DNA of 59,764 nt, filler included, from Circinaria calcarea (Eukaryota), in assembly GCA_051942165.1 (NCBI GenBank). It is 10 parts of 10 records of this genome, joined end to end, with 100 filler letters (N's around TTAATTAATTAA, not from the genome) between each part and the next. Parts side by side here need not be neighbours in the genome. Positions count along the whole stretch, not along the records: positions 47,916 to 53,790 come from JAVECS010001758.1; positions 53,891 to 59,764 come from JAVECS010001759.1; 8 more parts are not named here. The stretch is one strand, 5' to 3'. Numbering within the stretch: the first letter of the stretch is position 1; every line of letters begins with the position of its first letter. The notes under the pieces were generated by a model. The model saw nothing but the letters and a program-made list of their open reading frames with translations, searched no databases and was not told the DNA's origin. Shown piece after piece: positions 48,498 through 59,764 of this stretch. The position numbers were made by a program, and so were the translations under genes.

Positions 48498-48981
48498 AAA
48501 CGAGTTCCCCCGAACAATCTCATGAAGAAACAAACAAACTACTCAAAAAGGGTACCAGACAATTACATAAAAAGTGGCCATTCATAGCTACATGGTAATT
48601 CGGTAAGCAACATGCCAAAAAGCCAAAAAAAACAGGGATCGACAAGGGAAACGCCAGATGAATATTAAGAGTACTTTGCTCCTGAAACATACAATCCCGT
48701 CTGTGAGGAGGGTTGAACGACTAGAGGCAGGTGCAAGGAAGGATTGACAGGGAAGAAACCGTATGCTGGGAGTTCGCTGTGAGTCGGGAGTTGGTATAAA
48801 TGCGATCGAAGACCATATCCAAAGAGTGAGAAGGAGGAAACGAATCATAAATATGAGTATACATAAGTGGTTTGGATGAGAAGGAGTCGACGGTTTTAAG
48901 TGAGCTTACTCTGAGAGATCCACGGCAGAGATTAGAGTTGGAAAGTAGAGACTTAGGACAGGGTTGGTGGGCGGTATAGAT

Positions 48982-51560
48982 CTAGGCATCGCCAGTGGCA
49001 GTTTCAATGCCATTGTAGTCCCCAAAAGGCATTGTAGCGTCAAAGCTGAGGTCGTGATCGCCGCCCTCCTGTAGGAAAGAGTCGAAATCAAATTGGTCTA
49101 GTACGTCTCCAGTGTCCATGGCACTGAAGCTCATGTCAAGATTCGACTACATCCATTAGTGAGCACAAGTCATAAAATGGTGACTCGTGTAGCTTACGTC
49201 AACTTGGAGATCAGGGAAGTGAGGGACACCATTGACATCCGGCTGCTGCGGCTGCATATTTGAGACTGGCGCAGGTATAGAGGTTGCAGCTTGCATATTG
49301 CTGGTTTGGTTTTGTCCATTGACATTCTTTCCACCCTTGAAGGATTCAGTGTGCTGCGGGGTGATAGGCGTTGGAGGGGTAGGGGTCGGTGGTTGGTTGT
49401 CTGCTTCAGACGATGGAGTGGCAGCTGCCATAGAGTTCTTCTTTTGAGGCGGCTAATAACGAGGGTTAGCATAAAGTGTACCTACCGATAATCTTACATG
49501 ACCTACCTTGCGATCTTTTTTGTCCTTTTTGCCCTTCGGGTTTTGTTTATTGGCAGGTTGGGGTGTTGGAGGAGCTGCCGCTTGCGACGGCGGGCTAGAG
49601 CGACCATTGGTAACGACAGCTGTTGGCGGTGCCTGTGGAGGTGGCATCGTAGTAGTACGTTGCTGGGGCGTTCCCATCTGAGAGGGTTGCTGGGCTTGAG
49701 GAGGCTGCGGCATCATCGGCGCTTGACCTTGCGGCCAATTAGCGTTCGGCATCCTCACCCCATTTTGCCCTTGTACTCGCGCCAGGGCATCCATTTGCTG
49801 AAACTGCCCAGTGAATTGAGGATGAGAGCTTGGCGGTCGCATCCCATTCGGTACAACAGGGCCCATACCATCAGTCATGCCATTCATCGCTTTAAACATT
49901 TCCTGTGACATGGGATTGAAGTTCATCGCTGCAGGAGAACCTCTTGTCGGTGGCATCGTTCCGTCAGGCATTGGGGATCCTGATCCGGGTAGGCCAGCCT
50001 GCCCCATTTTAGGGGTTCCGCGTTTCATCTGATCGTTGGGATTTGGAGAAGGACCGGAGCGACTACCTTGAGGCGACATGCCGGGTGCGAAGCCAGGCTG
50101 GCCGACCATGACACTGCCGTCGGGCCGCTGCTCCTGCTCTTGCCTGGCCATGAGAAGCCGCTTCTTATTCTGCTGTTCTAACAACATTAATTGCATCTGA
50201 TAGTCTTGCAAGGCATGGTTGCCACCGGCGCCGTTAGGTTGCATCTGTCCCATTCGCATCTGTCCGGCGTTGGCACCATATAGATCGCCCATCCCAGCTC
50301 CGACTTCCATACCCGCCTGCATCATGGGTGAACCCTGGTTTGGGATACCCTGAGGCATAGTATTACGGTGTTGCGTAGCCATGTTCTGCGCATACACTTG
50401 GATCGACTTTTTTTGTACCTGTGGATTCTGCGCATGGAACGACTCGAGCTGCGTTGCCGATAGAAAGCTAGGATTGATCCCAGCTTGCATTAAAAGAGTA
50501 TTGGCCTGAGCCGCATTAGGGGTGGCCATCATCTGTGGACCCTGCATCCCTTGAGAGACTCGGCCGTTGGGCATCATTTGACCGTTGAACTGCGGGCCAT
50601 CGAGTCGAGCTCGTTTCGAGGGCGAAGGGGCGTTGTCGCCTGACGACGGTGTACGTGGTCGTTGGCCATTCATATCTCCGTCGGATCCGTCTCTTTGCAT
50701 CACTTGTTGCTGCAGCATCTGTTGATTCCTCGCCATTTGGTTCATTTGCTGGGGAATTCTATAAATGTAATCGTTAGTCAAGACTCTGGCGTGTGACATA
50801 ACTTTCAATGAACCAGGAAGCGCAGAGTTCTGGGTGCTTTTATTATGCCGCCTGCACATACACATTACGATTGTTATTCAGCGAAGCCCTTTGTCGCAGT
50901 TCATTCGAGTTCATTGGCATTCCGCCAGCTTGTTGCAAACGTAGCATGTTCTGGTAATTCGCCATTCCAGGCATCATACCTGGTTGCTGTAGAAAACGTT
51001 GTTGCTGCTCTTGGCGCATTCGTGATTGCTGCTGTACCGAGTGATATTAGCCTCAGGGCTACATGGAGCGCTTCGTTTCGCCATACCTGTGTATGTTGTA
51101 CATATTGCATTGCCTGTCCGCTTGCCTTGGTGTCCTTTCGTTGTGCAAGGAACATGTCCCAGAACAACGAGAACCAGTCGAGCAGAAAAGATGTACTTTG
51201 ATTTAACCCACCGATTTCAGGACTAGGGAGATCTCGGGGCCTTTTCGAATCCAGGTTATCCTTTGAATCAGTATCCATGGAATTCTCGTCGATACCGTTA
51301 ACATCTCGATTCCGATTCGGACTTTTCGTACTACAATTAACCTTGAGTTCGCTCTGTAGAAGGGCCCTAGCACAGTCAAACTGCTCGTGCTTCAAGAAGT
51401 AATCATAGATGTAGGTATTCATCTTCGCCTCGCAGTCGGCATCCCTATCTTGATCGTTGCCCGTCCTCGAGCCCGTACCGTTTGTGACATGGTTCATCAT
51501 CGGCATCCCTCCAGCTGCACCATTCACGCCATTCAGGCCGTTCATGTTCATGTGGTTCAT
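48982..51560 (-). CDS. som1: LisH-domain transcriptional regulator Som1/SomA (Flo8-like), multi-exon
   Basis: MNTYIYDYFLK (LisH), SFLLDWFSLFWDMF, ALQDYQMQLMLLEQQNKKRLLMARQEQ, C-terminal DVLDQFDFDSFL. Confidence 0.92.
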
Positions 51561-52866
51561 GTCGCTCGGGGACCCAGAAAAAGTCTAGGTCCAGTTCGAT
51601 GATGCCGTCGTGTTGGGCTTCTGGTGACCTTGCTGATGGTGGGCGGAAGTTGTGCGCTCAGGACCTCAAAGTGCAGGCATGAGGCACGACACGATAATGA
51701 AAGCTGTCAAGAGAGCGCAAGTGCCACAGAGCGAGCGGACGTGGCGAATCAAAGGGGACTTTTCGAAGAGCCTGAAACGTTCTGCGATAAAGTGAACGCG
51801 ATCGAGGATGGAGGGCGGTGGGAGAGTGTCTTTGGGGGATGTATCAGCCAGAAGGAGTTTCGCCTCGCAATGCGACCGGCTGCCTTTCTTGCACAATCCG
51901 ACAGCACCGTGCCGGGCAGGAAACGTAGCTACTTGTCGATAGAGGCCTGGTGAGTACTAACGAGCGTCGACCACTCGATCCTGAAGAGATCCGATAGAGT
52001 ATCGTGCTGGACCTGGACCAGGGACAAGCTTGCGGTGGAAACTTGAAGATGCGGGACTTGGGGACGAAATTGGCTCTGGAGTGTGGATTTGGGCCGCAGT
52101 TTGTAGCACGGGGGGGAATTTCAGGAACTATGAACCTGCCCGATACCTCCTCGCCGGGGCCAAAACAGATATTCAAAGTGTTTCTCTCGGTACGCATGCA
52201 ACGGCAACCTAGGAGTAGCGAAGGCGAGTAGTGAAGCTGGGGAGGAAATTGGTAGAGAATCAAGTGTCGTGGATGAAGTGTTTTAAGAGTTTGATTACGG
52301 ATCTGTGGGGAAGATCCATCTGTCAGTCATAATCGCAATCGTGACTACACTACTCCGTACTTGACTACGGCGGCGGCCGTCAACACAAATGGATAGACCC
52401 ATTTGTCATAAATCATGCCATGTGAAAAACAATGGTCAGATCGCTGCCTGCTAAAACCAGACTTTCGGAGTCATTGAAAATCTTAGGCCGCATTGAATTC
52501 GCATGCCTTGAGAGGGTTTCAAATACTCGTTCGACTCGGCCGAGAGAGTAATGATGGATCTATCATAGTCACGTAGACCGCCGTACTTGACGACGATTTG
52601 AACCGTGAAGCTGAGAAAGCGCTGAGGTCATGGCAGGTGAAACATCGCCCTTGATCGTGAGGTATCAGATCCAGACCCTTCCCATTCATGTTTGTCCCGA
52701 CATAAGACTTCCCACATCTAGCCTTGGAGTAGGTCGGTCAATGCTTAACAGATGGTCGAGCTCCAAAGTAATGGGAAACAGGTTCTGAGAGTATAGAGCG
52801 CAATCCATTCCACTATCAATGGATACCGCAATGCCATAGTGACTGCTGCTCACTAAGCCAGCTACT

Positions 52867-53790
52867 TTACTCGTCGTCTGGTGGCAGCTCATCCTCGAGG
52901 TATCTGAGTAGTGTTATCCTCATCTCGGTATTTTCATCGCCTCGGAGGACGTCGTTGACAAAATGTGCTTCCACTTGGACTTGCACCTAACAGACCGTCA
53001 ATGTTAGTAGCTTCACCAGAGACAACAGCTTAGTTGGGCAGTTGCTGCTAGGCAGTTGAGGAATTTATTACAGATGGAGGTTTGAAATGCAGAAGCGGAC
53101 ATGAATAGTTCAGTACGAGGTCTGGTTGCGTTGAATATGAGAGAAATTGGATCATCACTCACCATCTCCAAAGCGCCTCGTAGGACTCCGCAGAGGATGT
53201 TTGAGAACCACAGCTCGTCCTGCGCTCGCCCATCGTCTGGGAGCTCAACAAAGTCGGCTAGCGGGTTATCTTCAAATATCAAAGAGAATTGCTTGCTATC
53301 ATTGGTCCAGTTGGTCACAACGGGGGTAATATTTAAGAAGATTTTGAATCCAATCTGTATGTTTCATCAGCATGAATATATATACACGTAAATGGAGATC
53401 TCTATGCTCCAAGCCTCCATGAAGCAACAGATTGACGAGCGGATAGAGTTATGTCAACAACATACTTTAGATATTGTTTCTGCTGTCTCCCTAAAATTGG
53501 CGCACCTCTGAGTGCCGGACTTGGCGAAGAAATCCTCGACAAGACGCATGCCGATGTTGTATCCCATTTTGTCCAACTGTTTGTTGACTTCCGCATAGTT
53601 GCTGTCATAATCGCTACAAAGTTGAGCAACGATAGTGCCATAGGTAAGTGTGACGAGCTCAGCGTTAACCTTGTCAACTCGATTCCTGGAGAACCCCTCA
53701 GGTCAGCCTGCATAGCAAGGGTAGAAAACTTATGCTCAAGCACCTCAACTGACAGAGAAAAGGAAGTCCAAATGACTTACTTCCATACTC
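52867..53790 (-). CDS. BET3: TRAPP complex subunit BET3, multi-exon, 5' truncated
   Basis: [63 protein letters not shown], final exon ...[11 protein letters not shown]. Confidence 0.93.
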
Positions 53791-53890
53791 NNNNNNNNNN
53801 NNNNNNNNNNNNNNNNNNNNNNNNNNNNNNNNNNTTAATTAATTAANNNNNNNNNNNNNNNNNNNNNNNNNNNNNNNNNNNNNNNNNNNN

Positions 53891-54128
53891 GTCATCGATA
53901 TTATCTATTTTATTATGTATTTCATCGTGTTTCTTAGCGCAAAATCGATTTCGAAAATCTCGATAAATAGGTCCCGACCTATTTATGCCAAGGCACTAAA
54001 TTTGGGTGTATTGGCGAAATCGATTTTGAAACAAAATTGCGTTGCCGAACGCTCACTTGGCAGATTTTCAGGGTCCAAAATCGATTTTCGAAATCGATTT
54101 CGAAAATCAGGTGTTGCCGAACAGGCCC
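53891..54128. mobile_element. One end of a PIF/Harbinger (Tourist-like) non-autonomous element
   Basis: Ends gccgaacaggccc|TAA (reverse complement GGGCCTGTTCGGC); repeated aaatcgatttcgaaaatc subterminal motifs; other end lost in the spacer. Confidence 0.55.
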
Positions 54129-54719
54129 TAAGGTTTGGCGAGGGGTTTAGAATTCTTTCGACCACGGAGTTTATGCCTCCATACCACGACAAGCTAGTCT
54201 TGTTGAACGATTGCTTTACCATCGAGGCCACAGCAAGGTTGAATCACTCACGATGATCTCTCGAGTTGTATGCAATATTCATGAGATCTCGCTACGAAAA
54301 GGGGTATCTGCGCTATGTCGCTAATATCACTGGACAACAAGCCAGACGCCCCGATTCAAACGCTGCACCTGAAAAAAAGACGTCCACCCTTAATCTCCAG
54401 TCAAGCGTGTGCAAGCTCCGGAATCTAAGACAGGTGGAGAAACGCCCTAGGCGATGGTGAGTTGACGCCAATAACCAGAACGATGGATGCTAAAGATAAT
54501 GTAAAACCAAACCGTTGCAACGCCGTGTGCGAGGTAGTATGTGCCCCGCTTACAGCTGAGGAGGAATGAACAGGTGAAATAACACCCCGAAATAACCCTG
54601 ATCTGGCTAGGATCAGGTGCTTAATATCAAGATGGAGGGCGCCATGCCAATATTCTCCGAGATTCCTGATTTGGCAATACCAAAATCGCTCGGATCACCA
54701 AAATATGCGGCCGGTCAGT

Positions 54720-57700
54720 CTACTTGAAAAGACTCCGAAGCTCCTCGAGCCTTCTCTTAGTAGCCTCAGCTTTATCGAGCTTGCCACGATTCATGCTAAG
54801 GTCAGCCAGATTTTGCTTCTTACGTTGCAGTGCCAGCATCTTTTCTTCGAAACTGTCAGCCATTATGAACCTCACGGCGGTGACTTCCCGCTTCTGGCCA
54901 AGACGGTGGACACGGTCGATAGCCTGAGCTTCTGCCGCAGGGTTAAATTGCGGCTCCATTACATAGACTTTGGAAGCAGTAGTAAGGTTGAGACCTAGAC
55001 CACCCGCCATGATCGATACTAGAATGATTGGTATTTCTGGATCTTCGCGGAAAGCGGTGAGTGAAGCATTGCGTTGCGAACGAGTCATTTTACCATCAAG
55101 ACGGACATACTTGATCGAATTATCCTCGAGGGCGATTTGAATCAAATCAAGGTGCGCCGTCCAGCCGGAGAATACGACGCTCTTAATAGGTGGCTCATCC
55201 GGCATCGCCTCACTCTCAAACCTCGACTGCCGTAGTGCCTCTATCAAGGCTGTAGTTTTGGTATGAGGTCCGCCGTACCTACCCATGATCTTGGCATGCC
55301 TTGGGTTCTCTCTTGCCATTGCCTTTGCATCTTCGGCAGCCTCGATCCCGCCTTGAGTAAGCTCCAGAAGCGAAAGTTGTAGATACCTCTCACAATAAGG
55401 ACATATGAAGTGATTGTCCATCGCATTTTCCTGAATAGTTCGCTGGAGTTCCACGCTGCAATCTTTGCAAACGACCTGATAGCATGGTAGCATGTAGCCA
55501 ATGATCTCGTCTCTGCCACTAACAACGTCTTCGGTACCGTTCTCCTTTGACTCGATTTTACGAGCACACTGTATACAAGTATCAGAACCTGATTCTTTGA
55601 ACAGCATCAGCATGTCATAAGCTTGACGTGGAGTCATTGTCTGCTGATTGGAAGATTCATCTTCTAGGTCGATTGCGTTCCTCGAGGTCAAGCCTTCTGT
55701 GAGTTTGAGATCTTCCTCCCCCAGCAATTCCTTGCCATGCGCGCAGAGCAGTCGGAGTCGCAAGATAGCTTGCAAGATATGGACATATGTTTTACCACCA
55801 AGACTTTTCTTCTGTTCTCCCGCAATAATTTTCATCTTATTGTCTGAATCTCTCGCAAACCAGTCATAAAGCCATCTCTCTTCCTCACTGAACTGAAGTC
55901 GGACTAGCTCATCGTGTCGAGGCGGTAAATCGATTCTATCTTTCAACCGACGAAGTGTTATGCTGTCGACAAGCAGACGCAGTTTAGGTAAAATTTCTGG
56001 GTCGGCATTCTTGAAAGGGCTAAGGATGAACTGAGTAAATCCTCCCTTTTCATCGAAAGGCTTGATACGGAGGAACTTGATCAAGGCACCCAAGTCGTCA
56101 AGACGGTTCTGAACAGGTGTTCCAGTCACCGCCCATCGTCTTTGTGCGGAAAGGGTACACACTGCTTGAGATTGTCTAGTCGACTGTTCCCGAATCATAT
56201 GTGCTTCGTCGAGAACAATGCGGAAGAAGTTGGTCTCTAACAAAGGACTTCCGTTACGCTTTTTGCTCCGTCGATTGATGTCACTGGAGATGATACTATA
56301 CGTGGTAATCACCATGTCGTATTTAGCGAGCTCCTCGATGTCGTGACATCTGTTAGGTCCGTGATAGATGTGGTAACTTAGCGTGCCTGGTCGAATGTGC
56401 ATATTGATTTGTTCTTCCCAATTCGCAATAGTACTCAGTGGCGAAACAAGAAGTGTCGTCTTGGAATTGCGAACAAGGGAGACATCATCACTAGACTGTG
56501 GCCGTGGAGGTTCTTGCTTCGCCCACTCCTTCGCATCGTCAAGGCTTCCAACAACCAATGCAAGGATGCTCAAAGTCTTTCCAAGACCCATCATGTCTGC
56601 CAGTATACCTCCAAGTACCTTTGGGGGTCTGGATCGCTCCTCGCTTCCGGTGATTACATTGACATACATCCTTTGGCCGTTTGGTCTAAGCTTCACACGC
56701 CATAGTGATTTGTCGTCTACCTCCGTGTCACTAAGAACTTGGGCCTTCTCCTTATTCGTCATAAAGTAGAGCCCTTGTCTCTGATGACTAAGTAATGGGG
56801 TGGTAACGCGAGCGTCTTGTTCCAATTCAGGTAGGTTTTCTGATTTCTCCAAAGAATCAAACATTCCAAGAACGTCACTTCGTATCTCTTCAACCGTCCT
56901 TGTGACATAACTGGAACTGCTGCCTCCACCGGTGGAGGTTCCGGGTAGGCTTGTCCTAGGTAATGTCGGGTTTTGCACGGCATGAGGGTTGCAAAGTTCG
57001 ACGCCTTTGTCAACATAGTATGGTGTCCTTAGGTAAAGTTGTTTCTGACTCAGGAACTTCCCAACATTCACGACGCTACGCTTGGGACCATACAAGTTAA
57101 TGGTCATATCGAGGTACTCAGAAATTGGTGCTCCTGGCACCTCCCCATTTTTCTTCTTCCTAGGAGCCAGACGAGCCTGAACCCGAATCTTCGGACGTAT
57201 TGAGTCCATCACCGGAACTAGACCTAGCGACGTCTTGACGTCAACATTACCAAAGTCCTTTCCAGCGGGATCCAAAACGCGAATTATATAGTTTTCTCCT
57301 GGATATCGACGCAGTTGTAGCCTCATGGTAGGCCAGTCGGTTTTGCTCGCGTAGAAAGCCTTGGGATCTGGAGTGGGTATCAAGTGGGCTAATACTTTCG
57401 TTTTATCGATTCGGCCATAGCAGACCTCCTTGTCACCACTGTCACTGACAATCACAATATCGTCATCGTCTGTGAGTCGGTCTAGTTAGTATATGGGAAG
57501 GCCGAGCGAGCTTCAAGAAGTAACCGACCTGCAGTAAGGTCCACGACAGTAGAAGTTGGGCCTGGTTCCTGCTGACCCTCCTTGCGTTTCTTCCTTATAT
57601 ATTCCCCAATCTCGCTTCCCTTTCCTCCACCAGCGAAAGTCGCCTTGGCTTTGTTCTCTTCCTCGTCCTCGATAATTTGCTCCTTCTTCTGTCTCTTATG

Positions 57701-58303
57701 CGGACGATCCTCCCGCTTCTCGATGTTGTGGACTCTCTCGATTAGGCTTCCCATCCCCGAGCCTTCTGCTTCTGGTGAAGTGGATTCGGCAGAGACATCC
57801 CCTGCTGAGGTAAAGACAAATTGGGGCTCCGAGGGTACGTTCGTAGCGGTTGACTCGGTGGAAGTAGCTACATCTAGTGCTTCATCCCTTTGCCGCTTGG
57901 TCCAGTCGAACGCTTTGGGGCTCAGCGTTTGCTTGGGATCAAACTTTGCCACTAGCTTTTGCGCGTTATTAGTCGTAGGTAGGCTCTTCTTAGGGCGACC
58001 TTGATCCGCAAGTACCAAGTAAGTATCATCCTTTGACGTGCTTAAAGCAGGTAGAGGTGAAAGCTGAGAAGGAAGAATACAGAGTGGCTCGCTACCGAGG
58101 CGAAAAGACGAATATGAAGTGTTGGCAAAAGGAAAAAACTGAGATTCACCATTCTGGTTGTGTTTTTTGAAGGACTTTGGGTTGAGGAGTGCAGCAGCTG
58201 ATACAGGGTAGCCGTTTACACCAGTGGGTGGAGACATGTTGCGCCTATCCTGGTTTGCTCCAGTTACTGAGTATCCATTGGTTGTATACATGCTGTCAGC
58301 CAT
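54720..58303 (-). CDS. SNF2-family helicase/ATPase of RAD5/RAD16 type with RING-like insert, multi-exon
   Basis: GGILADMMGLGKT, RIVLDEAH, RWAVTGTPVQN, SVVFSGW, GGLGLNLT, QAIDRVHRLGQ; CIQC...CKDC...CPYC between the lobes; probable start MADSMY at 58303. Confidence 0.92.
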
Positions 58304-58978
58304 GCTTTGCGCCTTCACGACCATGCAAAGGTGTTGATGGGCAGTACATGAGAGGAGGATGAATGTGATTGTGTCGGTGGAAAGTGAGGTCAAGCGATGT
58401 TGTCGAGTTGTGTGAATGACACTATGAGTAACGCGTGAGGCTTGGGTCTTGGTGAATGAGATGATGGTCTGGCGTTTGCTGAACGAAGTATATAGCAATG
58501 CGATAAGGCTCCAAGTAACTTCGCTACGGGTAAGGCTGGATCTGATGATGTGCATGTGCCATGCCGCTAGTGAGATAAGGTTTACCACAGTTGGAGGATA
58601 GTTTGATGTCCGCTTATCAGCCTGACTTGAGTTGACAGACGATGACAAGATAGAGAAGCGACGATGCCACGGTTAATTGGTTTTCAAACGAAGAAACCAG
58701 CGGCGGCTAAAGAATTCACTTGCATAACGGTTCTCAGAACTGCAACCTGGCTCCCGAAAAGATTCAGGTTTTCTCAAGGGTAATTCATTCTAGACTCGAG
58801 TACGTAGATGAGATTTTCCCTCGAGCTACGAAGTACTCGTAAAGTACAAGAGTTTTAAAGGGAGTACCCAGGGCCAAAATATTCCTTTGCGTATGTATGA
58901 CACAAACCCATTTCCAGCATCCACCCAAAGCGCCGGTGCTATGCGCAGTCATCTCTTTGCATGATGTCCCAAACCCAA

Positions 58979-59764
58979 TTAACACCATGTAAAAACCGGA
59001 TTCTGGCTTTTCACCGTTTCCAGGCGTTCGATGATGACCTTCCGTTGACTACGTTCCATGCCCTCTGCCGCAGCGTAACCCAAATCACCTTCGAGGTCGT
59101 CACCATCATAGAGGAAAGGAGCACTACCCCGCCGCGAGAAAGAGAACGTCTTGCGATGGTTGCCAACACTATTTCGGCGTCGATGGCCTTCGAAACTAAG
59201 TCGAGACTTAGATCGTATGGGTCCCGGACGGAGAGCTTGGCCATTGAGACCACCCTTCGCTTGGAAGACATCGTCACTGAACTTGACCGTGGCACCGTCG
59301 ACCACAGCTGGTGATCCGGACTTGTGATAAGTTTGACCTAGATCCGAAGAACTAGGGTTCCGCGACAGATCAAAGCGATTGGGATTCGGCAATTCGGGGT
59401 TGGACAAGGATAATTCAATGAGATCATGATCATTGGTAGAGGCGGAATTGTTGGCAGCGCTAATGTCCATCTCTTCTTCCTCCTCGGTATGTCCTAAGCC
59501 AGCGTCTGTTCGCCGACGCAATTCTGCGGATGGCACGCGAAGTGGAATTGCAACTGGAATTTCGACAACATCATCCCAAACACAGACGCGAGTCCGTCGG
59601 GTCAGCTCCAACGGTCCGTGGTCTGGAGTTTTCAACGTTTCCACCACATTCCATGCTTGACCTTTCATGACAGCAATTTGTCGCGCAAACATGCTCTCCT
59701 TGAAATCGGAGTCTTGGCTGAAGACCCGTCGGAGAGCCATTTGAGTCTCACTCCACCAGTATGT
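58979..59764 (-). CDS. LSB6: Type II phosphatidylinositol 4-kinase LSB6, C-terminal part
   Basis: MFARQIAVMKGQAWNVVETLK...GPLELTRR and terminal KVIIERLETVKSQNPVFTWC. Confidence 0.88.
   Translation of the reverse strand, partial: TYWWSETQMALRRVFSQDSDFKESMFARQIAVMKGQAWNVVETLKTPDHGPLELTRRTRVCVWDDVVEIPVAIPLRVPSAELRRRTDAGLGHTEEEEEMDISAANNSASTNDHDLIELSLSNPELPNPNRFDLSRNPSSSDLGQTYHKSGSPAVVDGATVKFSDDVFQAKGGLNGQALRPGPIRSKSRLSFEGHRRRNSVGNHRKTFSFSRRGSAPFLYDGDDLEGDLGYAAAEGMERSQRKVIIERLETVKSQNPVFTWC

Noticed and set aside
5896..53890. TTAATTAATTAA recurring every ~6 kb as a biological periodic motif
   Set aside because: Embedded in N runs; it is an assembly linker
57482..58648. 388-aa ORF as a separate gene
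   Set aside because: It overlaps the 5' exons, an intron and upstream sequence of the SNF2 helicase gene

Overview
Eukaryotic DNA from a filamentous ascomycete (Pezizomycotina; short GT-AG introns with CTRAC branch points; a lichen-forming lineage is possible but not provable). The window is not one locus: ten unrelated contigs of 5895, 5895, 5894, 5893, 5889, 5889, 5881, 5879, 5875 and 5874 bp, sorted by length, are joined by 100-bp N-TTAATTAATTAA-N spacers, so gene neighbourhood only counts within a contig. Recognisable genes: HVA22/YOP1-like, phenol 2-monooxygenase, Ulp1-type SUMO protease, CIA1, F-box start, GH16, ALG6, PNPOx-like flavoprotein, O-methyltransferase plus an A-T-TE NRPS-like enzyme, Zn-ADH, L-amino-acid oxidase-like, Som1/Flo8 LisH regulator, BET3, RAD5/16-like SNF2 helicase and LSB6. 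Also an ENA ATPase pseudogene, several non-autonomous DNA transposons and two solo LTRs. Top finding: a tRNA-Lys(UUU) gene (18420-18553, minus) with a canonical 12-nt tRNA intron at 37/38 and a second 48-nt GT...AG spliceosomal-type insertion in the T-stem at an AG|G site; removing it restores a perfect T-arm. Also notable: a tandem trio of paralogs sharing an unnamed PB1/ubiquitin-like C-terminal domain, a TSD-less foldback element nested in a TIR transposon, and an OMT + A-T-TE cluster fragment.
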